A stretch of 64,000 nucleotides of DNA from Eledone cirrhosa (lineage: Eukaryota): contig OZ024743.1 of NCBI GenBank assembly GCA_964016885.1, positions 233,926,001 to 233,990,000 on the forward strand, written 5' to 3'. This document shows, piece by piece, positions 55,701 through 64,000 of this stretch. The number at the start of each line of letters is the position of its first letter. Positions within the stretch are counted from its first letter, which is position 1. The translations under genes were made by a program, and so were the position numbers. The notes beneath the pieces were generated by a model, which saw only the letters and a list, made by a program, of their open reading frames with translations, searched no databases and was not told the origin of the DNA.

Positions 55701-58700
55701 CCACACATAGCCAATGAGTCTCTGCACATGTACCAGTAATTACAGATCGATCCGACCACGGGCGGTCGGTTTGCGATTGAAAAGGTAACTCCGCCGGCAA
55801 ATCGTCATTTTTGGATTCGTTTTCTTCGAAGCACACCATTCGCCGGCGGACTTTGTTGACGTTTAAGACGGTTTGGTTCCACAGCCACAACTATTGATTT
55901 TACGGAGATATCTTCCTGAAATTCACGCCACACATAGCCAATGAGTGTCTGCACATGTACCAGTAATTACAGATCGATCCGACCACGGGCGGCCGGCCCG
56001 CGATTGAAAAGGTAACTCCGCCGGCAAATCGTCATTTTTGGATTCGTTTTCTTCGAAGCACACCATTCGCCGGCTGACTTTGTTGACGTTTAACACGGTT
56101 TGGTTCCACAGCCACAACTATTGATTTTACGGAGATATCTTGCTGAAATTCACGCCACACATAGCCAATGAGTGTCTGCACATGTACCAGTAATTACAAA
56201 TCGATCCGACCACGGGCGGCCGGCCCGCGATTGAAAAGGTAACTCCGCCGGCAAATCGTCATTTTTGGATTCGTTTTCTTCGAAGCACACCATTCGCCGG
56301 CGGACTTTGTTGACGTTTAACACGGTTTGGTTCCACAGCCACAACTATTGATTTTACGGAGATATCTTGCTGAAATTCACGCCACACATAGCCAATGAGT
56401 GTCTGCACATGTACCAGTAATTACAGATCGATCCGACCACGGGCGGTCGGTTTGCGATTGAAAAGGTAACTCCGCCGGCAAATCGTCATTTTTGGATTCG
56501 TTTTCTTCGAAGCACACCATTCGCCGGCTGACTTTGTTGACGTTTAACACGGTTTGGTTCCACAGCCACAACTATTGATTTTACGGAGATATCTTGCTGA
56601 AATTCACGCCACACATAGCCAATGAGTGTCTGCACATGTACCAGTAATTACAGATCGATCCGACCACGGGCGGTCGGTTTGCGATTGAAAAGGTAACTCC
56701 GCCGGCAAATCGTCATTTTTGGATTCGTTTTCTTCGAAGCACACCATTCGCCGGCGGACTTTGTTGACGTTTAACACGGTTTGGTTCCACAGCCACAACT
56801 ATTGATTTTACGGAGATATCTTGCTGAAATTCACGCCACACATAGCCAATGAGTGTCTGCACATGTACCAGTAATTACAGATCGATCCGACCACGGGCGG
56901 CCGGCCCGCGATTGAAAAGGTAACTCCGCCGGCAAATCGTCATTTTTGGATTCGTTTTCTTCGAAGCACACCATTCGCCGGCTGACTTTGTTGATGTTTA
57001 ACACGGTTTGGTTCCACAGCCACAACTATTGATTTTACGGAGATATCTTGCTGAAATTCACGCCACACATAGCCAATGAGTGTCTGCACAGGTACCAGTA
57101 ATTACAGATCGATCCGACCACGGGCGGCCGGCCCGCTATTGAAAAGGTAACTCCGCCGGCAAATCGTCATTTTTGGATTCGTTTTCTTCGAAGCACACCA
57201 TTCGCCGGCGGACTTTGTTGACGTTTAACACGGTTTGGTTCCACAGCCACAACTATTGATTTTACGGAGATATCTTGCTGAAATTCACGCCACACAGCCA
57301 ATGAGTGTCTGCACATGTACCAGTAATTACAGATCGATCCGACCACGGGCGGCCGGCCCGCGATTGAAAAGGTAACTCCGCCGGCAAATCGTCATTTTTG
57401 GATTCGTTTTCTTCGAAGCACACCATTCGCCGGCGGACTTTGTTGACGTTTAACACGGTTTGGTTCCACAGCCACAACTATTGATTTTACGGAGATATCT
57501 TGCTGAAATTCACGCCACACATAGCCAATGAGTCTCTGCACATGTACCAGTAATTACAGATCGATCCGACCACGGGCGGTCGGTTTGCGATTGAAAAGGT
57601 AACTCCGCCGGCAAATCGTCATTTTTGGATTCGTTTTCTTCGAAGCACACCATTCGCCGGCGGACTTTGTTGACGTTTAACACGGTTTGGTTCCACAGCC
57701 ACAACTATTGATTTTACGGAGATATCTTCCTGAAATTCAGGCCACACATAGCCAATGAGTGTCTGCACATGTACCAGTAATTACAGATCGATCCGACCAC
57801 GGGCGGCCGGTTTGCGATTGAAAAGGTAACTCCGCCGGCAAATCGTCATTTTTGGATTCGTTTTCTTCGAAGCACACCATTCGCCGGCGGACTTTGTTGA
57901 CGTTTAACACGGTTTGGTTCCACAGCCACAACTATTGATTTTACGGAGATATCTTGCTGAAATTCACGCCACACATAGCCAATGAGTGTCTGCACATGTA
58001 CCAGTAATTACAGATCGATCCGACCACGGGCGGCCGGCCCGCGATTGAAAAGGTAACTCCGCCGGCAAATCGTCATTTTTGGATTCGTTTTCTTCGAAGC
58101 ACACCATTCGCCGGCGGACTTTGTTGACGTTTAACACGGTTTGGTTCCACAGCCACAACTATTGATTTTACGGAGATATCTTGCTGAAATTCACGCCACA
58201 CATAGCCAATGAGTGTCTGCACATGTACCAGTAATTACAGATCGATCCGACCACGGGCGGCCGGCCCGCGATTGAAAAGGTAACTCCGCCGGCAAATCGT
58301 CATTTTTGGATTCGTTTTCTTCGAAGCACACCATTCGCCGGCGGACTTTGTTGACGTTTAACACGGTTTGGTTCCACAGCCACAACTATTGATTTTACGG
58401 AGATATCTTGCTGAAATTCACGCCACACATAGCCAATGAGTGTCTGCACATGTACCAGTAATTACAGATCGATCCGACCACGGGCGGCCGGCCCGCGATT
58501 GAAAAGGTAACTCCGCCGGCAAATCGTCATTTTTGGATTCGTTTTCTTCGAAGCACACCATTCGCCGGCGGACTTTGTTGACGTTTAACACGGTTTGGTT
58601 CCACAGCCACAACTATTGATTTTACGGAGATATCTTGCTGAAATTCACGCCACACATAGCCAATGAGTCTCTGCACATGTACCAGTAATTACAGATCGAT

Positions 58701-61595
58701 CCGACCACGGGCGGTCGGTTTGCGATTGAAAAGGTAACTCCGCCGGCAAATCGTCATTTTTGGATTCGTTTTCTTCGAAGCACACCATTCGCCGGCGGAC
58801 TTTGTTGACGTTTAAGACGGTTTGGTTCCACAGCCACAACTATTGATTTTACGGAGATATCTTCCTGAAATTCACGCCACACATAGCCAATGAGTGTCTG
58901 CACATGTACCAGTAATTACAGATCGATCCGACCACGGGCGGCCGGCCCGCGATTGAAAAGGTAACTCCGCCGGCAAATCGTCATTTTTGGATTCGTTTTC
59001 TTCGAAGCACACCATTCGCCGGCTGACTTTGTTGACGTTTAACACGGTTTGGTTCCACAGCCACAACTATTGATTTTACGGAGATATCTTGCTGAAATTC
59101 ACGCCACACATAGCCAATGAGTGTCTGCACATGTACCAGTAATTACAAATCGATCCGACCACGGGCGGCCGGCCCGCGATTGAAAAGGTAACTCCGCCGG
59201 CAAATCGTCATTTTTGGATTCGTTTTCTTCGAAGCACACCATTCGCCGGCGGACTTTGTTGACGTTTAACACGGTTTGGTTCCACAGCCACAACTATTGA
59301 TTTTACGGAGATATCTTGCTGAAATTCACGCCACACATAGCCAATGAGTGTCTGCACATGTACCAGTAATTACAGATCGATCCGACCACGGGCGGTCGGT
59401 TTGCGATTGAAAAGGTAACTCCGCCGGCAAATCGTCATTTTTGGATTCGTTTTCTTCGAAGCACACCATTCGCCAGCTGACTTTGTTGACGTTTAACACG
59501 GTTTGGTTCCACAGCCACAACTATTGATTTTAAGGAGATATCTTGCTGAAATTCACGCCACACATAGCCAATGAGTGTCTGCACATGTACCAGTAATTAC
59601 AGATCGATCCGACCACGGGCGGCCGGCCCGCGATTGAAAAGGTAACTCCGCCGGCAAATCGTCATTTTTGGATTCGTTTTCTTCGAAGCACACCATTCGC
59701 CGGCGGACTTTGTTGACGTTTAACACGGTTTGGTTCCACAGCCACAACTATTGATTTTACGGAGATATCTTGCTGAAATTCACGCCACACATAGCCAATG
59801 AGTGTCTTCACATGTACCAGTAATTACAGATCGATCCGACCACGGGCGGCCGGCCCGCGATTGAAAAGGTAACTCCGCCGGCAAATCGTCATTTTTGGAT
59901 TCGTTTTCTTCGAAGCACACCATTCGCCGGCGGACTTTGTTGACGTTTAACACGGTTTGGTTCCACAGCCACAACTATTGATTTTACGGAGATATCTTGC
60001 TGAAATTCACGCCACACATAGCCAATGAGTCTCTGCACATGTACCATTAATTACAGATCGATCCGACCACGGGCGGTCGGTTTGCGATTGAAAAGGTAAC
60101 TCCGCCGGCAAATCGTCATTTTTGGATTCGTTTTCTTCGAAGCACACCATTCGCCGGCGGACTTTGTTGACGTTTAAGACGGTTTGGTTCCACAGCCACA
60201 ACTATTGATTTTACGGAGATATCTTCCTGAAATTCACGCCACACATAGCCAATGAGTGTCTGCACATGTACCAGTAATTACAGATCGATCCGACCACGGG
60301 CGGCCGGCCCGCGATTGAAAAGGTAACTCCGCCGGCAAATCGTCATTTTTGGATTCGTTTTCTTCGAAGCACACCATTCGCCGGCTGACTTTGTTGACGT
60401 TTAACACGGTTTGGTTCCACAGCCACAACTATTGATTTTACGGAGATATCTTGCTGAAATTCACGCCACACATAGCCAATGAGTGTCTGCACATGTACCA
60501 GTAATTACAAATCGATCCGACCACGGGCGGCCGGCCCGCGATTGAAAAGGTAACTCCGCCGGCAAATCGTCATTTTTGGATTCGTTTTCTTCGAAGCACA
60601 CCATTCGCCGGCGGACTTTGTTGACGTTTAACACGGTTTGGTTCCACAGCCACAACTATTGATTTTACGGAGATATCTTGCTGAAATTCACGCCACACAT
60701 AGCCAATGAGTGTCTGCACATGTACCAGTAATTACAGATCGATCCGACCACGGGCGGTCGGTTTGCGATTGAAAAGGTAACTCCGCCGGCAAATCGTCAT
60801 TTTTGGATTCGTTTTCTTCGAAGCACACCATTCGCCAGCTGACTTTGTTGACGTTTAACACGGTTTGGTTCCACAGCCACAACTATTGATTTTAAGGAGA
60901 TATCTTGCTGAAATTCACGCCACACATAGCCAATGAGTGTCTGCACATGTACCAGTAATTACAGATCGATCCGACCACGGGCGGCCGGCCCGCGATTGAA
61001 AAGGTAACTCCGCCGGCAAATCGTCATTTTTGGATTCGTTTTCTTCGAAGCACACCATTCGCCGGCGGACTTTGTTGACGTTTAACACGGTTTGGTTCCA
61101 CAGCCACAACTATTGATTTTACGGAGATATCTTGCTGAAATTCACGCCACACATAGCCAATGAGTGTCTTCACATGTACCAGTAATTACAGATCGATCCG
61201 ACCACGGGCGGCCGGCCCGCGATTGAAAAGGTAACTCCGCCGGCAAATCGTCATTTTTGGATTCGTTTTCTTCGAAGCACACCATTCGCCGGCGGACTTT
61301 GTTGACGTTTAACACGGTTTGGTTCCACAGCCACAACTATTGATTTTACGGAGATATCTTGCTGAAATTCACGCCACACATAGCCAATGAGTCTCTGCAC
61401 ATGTACCATTAATTACAGATCGATCCGACCACGGGCGGTCGGTTTGCGATTGAAAAGGTAACTCCGCCGGCAAATCGTCATTTTTGGATTCGTTTTCTTC
61501 GAAGCACACCATTCGCCGGCTGACTTTGTTGACGTTTAACACGGTTTGGTTCCACAGCCACAACTATTGATTTTAAGGAGATATCTTGCTGAAAT
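52749..61595. repeat. Second sub-family B HOR block: 5-mer duplication, 13-mer, partial 13-mer and 6-mer duplication
   Basis: Deletion monomers lie at 53203, 54336 and 57285 (spacings 1133 and 2949). The 13-mer is 54788-57736. The 6-mer copies are 58872-60233 and 60234-61595. Confidence 0.88.
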
Positions 61596-64000
61596 TCACG
61601 CCACACATAGCCAATGAGTGTCTGCACAGGTACCAGTAATTACAGATCGATCCGACCACGGGCGGCCGGCCCGCGATTGAAAAGGTAACTACGCCGGCAA
61701 ATCGTCATTTTTGGATTCGTTTTCTTCGAAGCACACCATTCGCCGGCGGACTTTGTTGACGTTTAACACGGTTTGGTTCCACAGCCACAACTATTGATTT
61801 TACGGAGATATCTTGCTGAAATTCACGCCACACATAGCCAATGAGTGTCTGCACATGTATCAGTAATTACAGATCGATCCGACCACGGGCGGCCGGCCCG
61901 CGATTGAAAAGGTAACTCCGCCGGCAAATCGTCATTTTTGGATTCGTTTTCTTCGAAGCACACCATTCGCCGGCGGACTTTGTTGACGTTTAACACGGTT
62001 TGGTTCCACAGCCACAACTATTGATTTTACGGAGATATCTTGCTGAAATTCACGCCACACATAGCCAATGAGTGTCTGCACATGTACCAGTAATTACAGA
62101 TCGATCCGACCACGGGCGGCCGGCCCGCGATTGAAAAGGTAACTCCGCCGGCAAATCGTCATTTTTGGATTCGTTTTCTTCGAAGCACACCATTCGCCGG
62201 CTGACTTTGTTGATGTTTAACACGGTTTGGTTCCACAGCCACAACTATTGATTTTAAGGAGATATCTTGCTGAAATTCACGCCACACATAGCCAATGAGT
62301 GTCTGCACAGGTACCAGTAATTACAGATCGATCCGACCACGGGCGGCCGGCCCGCTATTGAAAAGGTAACTCCGCCGGCAAATCGTCATTTTTGGATTCG
62401 TTTTCTTCGAAGCACACCATTCGCCGGCGGACTTTGTTGACGTTTAACACGGTTTGGTTCCACAGCCACAACTATTGATTTTACGGAGATATCTTGCTGA
62501 AATTCACGCCACACATAGCCAATGAGTGTCTGCACATGTACCAGTAATTACAGATCGATCCGACCACGGGCGGCCGGCCCGCGATTGAAAAGGTAACTCC
62601 GCCGGCAAATCGTCATTTTTGGATTCGTTTTCTTCGAAGCACACCATTCGCCGGCGGACTTTGTTGACGTTTAACACGGTTTGGTTCCACAGCCACAACT
62701 ATTGATTTTACGGAGATATCTTGCTGAAATTCACGCCACACATAGCCAATGAGTGTCTGCACATGTACCAGTAATTACAGATCGATCCGACCACGGGCGG
62801 TCGGTTTGCGATTGAAAAGGTAACTCCGCCGGCAAATCGTCATTTTTGGATTCGTTTTCTTCGAAGCACACCATTCGCCGGCTGACTTTGTTGACGTTTA
62901 ACACGGTTTGGTTCCACAGCCACAACTATTGATTTTACGGAGATATCTTGCTGAAATTCACGCCACACATAGCCAATGAGTGTCTGCACATGTACCAGTA
63001 ATTACAGATCGATCCGACCACGGGCGGTCGGTTTGCGATTGAAAAGGTAACTCCGCCGGCAAATCGTCATTTTTGGATTCGTTTTCTTCGAAGCACACCA
63101 TTCGCCGGCGGACTTTGTTGACGTTTAACACGGTTTGGTTCCACAGCCACAACTATTGATTTTACGGAGATATCTTGCTGAAATTCACGCCACACATAGC
63201 CAATGAGTGTCTGCACATGTACCAGTAATTACAGATCGATCCGACCACGGGCGGCCGGCCCGCGATTGAAAAGGTAACTCCGCCGGCAAATCGTCATTTT
63301 TGGATTCGTTTTCTTCGAAGCACACCATTCGCCGGCGGACTTTGTTGACGTTTAACACGGTTTGGTTCCACAGCCACAACTATTGATTTTACGGAGATAT
63401 CTTGCTGAAATTCACGCCACACATAGCCAATGAGTCTCTGCACATGTACCATTAATTACAGATCGATCCGACCACGGGCGGTCGGTTTGCGATTGAAAAG
63501 GTAACTCCGCCGGCAAATCGTCATTTTTGGATTCGTTTTCTTCGAAGCACACCATTCGCCGGCGGACTTTGTTGACGTTTAACACGGTTTGGTTCCACAG
63601 CCACAACTATTGATTTTACGGAGATATCTTGCTGAAATTCACGCCACACATAGCCAATGAGTGTCTGCACATGTATCAGTAATTACAGATCGATCCGACC
63701 ACGGGCGGCCGGCCCGCGATTGAAAAGGTAACTCCGCCGGCAAATCGTCATTTTTGGATTCGTTTTCTTCGAAGCACACCATTCGCCGGCTGACTTTGTT
63801 GACGTTTAACACGGTTTGGTTCCACAGCCACAACTATTGATTTTACGGAGATATCTTGCTGAAATTCACGCCACACATAGCCAATGAGTGTCTGCACATG
63901 TACCAGTAATTACAGATCGATCCGACCACGGGCGGTCGGTTTGCGATTGAAAAGGTAACTCCGCCGGCAAATCGTCATTTTTGGATTCGTTTTCTTCGAA

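Larger units (their letters stand above)
1..64000. repeat. Tandem satellite DNA array, 227-bp monomer, about 282 copies, highly homogeneous (probably centromeric/pericentromeric)
   Basis: The unit tcacgccacacatagccaatgagtgtctgcacatgtaccagtaattacagatcgatccgaccacgggcggccggcccgcgattgaaaaggtaactccgccggcaaatcgtcatttttggattcgttttcttcgaagcacaccattcgccggcggactttgttgacgtttaacacggtttggttccacagccacaactattgattttacggagatatcttgctgaaat recurs at 89, 316, 543 and so on. The ORF track repeats every 227 bp, shifting by -2 at five deletion monomers. The satellite call is seen directly; the centromeric location is inference. Confidence 0.98.

Noticed and set aside
39110-57477. Five 71-aa ORF variants ending GVNFSKISP
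   Set aside because: They result from the 2-bp deletion shifting the frame past the stop, and are not a distinct gene.
316-63833. About 260 copies of a 64-aa minus-strand ORF (MWLWNQTVLN...), read as a tandem gene array or diversified peptide system
   Set aside because: The start is TTG, not ATG, and only 32 bp separate copies. I recognise no domain. Most variants are non-synonymous, and nonsense alleles (18 gctatt copies, plus 61691) and frameshift alleles are freely amplified. One chance ORF in a monomer is simply repeated. Ribo-seq or proteomics would be needed to revive it.
1-64000. CRISPR array or other repeat-spacer/cassette system
   Set aside because: There are no unique spacers. The entire 227 bp is repeated, and no cas, recombinase or reverse transcriptase gene is present.
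1-64000. Technical concatemer (rolling-circle or PCR artefact) or collapsed assembly
   Set aside because: Discrete shared haplotypes in nested HOR order, regional sub-families and few random errors fit a real evolved array. The copy number of individual blocks still needs read validation.
1-64000. Monomer-variant order as an information-bearing code
   Set aside because: The order is adequately explained by successive tandem duplications, deletions and crossovers, and nothing in the sequence indicates a reader mechanism.

Overview
The whole 64-kb window is one uninterrupted head-to-tail tandem array of a 227-bp monomer (about 282 copies, single orientation, running off both ends). It has no unique sequence, inserted element, inversion, recognisable gene, RNA gene or CRISPR spacer. 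The monomer is about 49% GC, CpG-rich (19 CpG by hand count) and rich in dyad symmetry. Copies differ from the consensus by only a few substitutions, and five copies carry a 2-bp deletion (225 bp). The ~260 '64-aa ORFs' are a by-product of the repeat. Reading the recurrent variants as monomer types reveals nested higher-order repeats (HORs): a near-perfect 24-mer duplication, 18-, 13-, 11-, 9-, 7-, 6- and 5-mer units, two interleaved sub-family domains, and hybrid monomers marking crossover points. The best interpretation (inference) is a young, actively homogenising eukaryotic satellite, plausibly (peri)centromeric. I cannot assign a species or a named family, and I find no support for a novel protein-coding system. 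All counts were made by eye.
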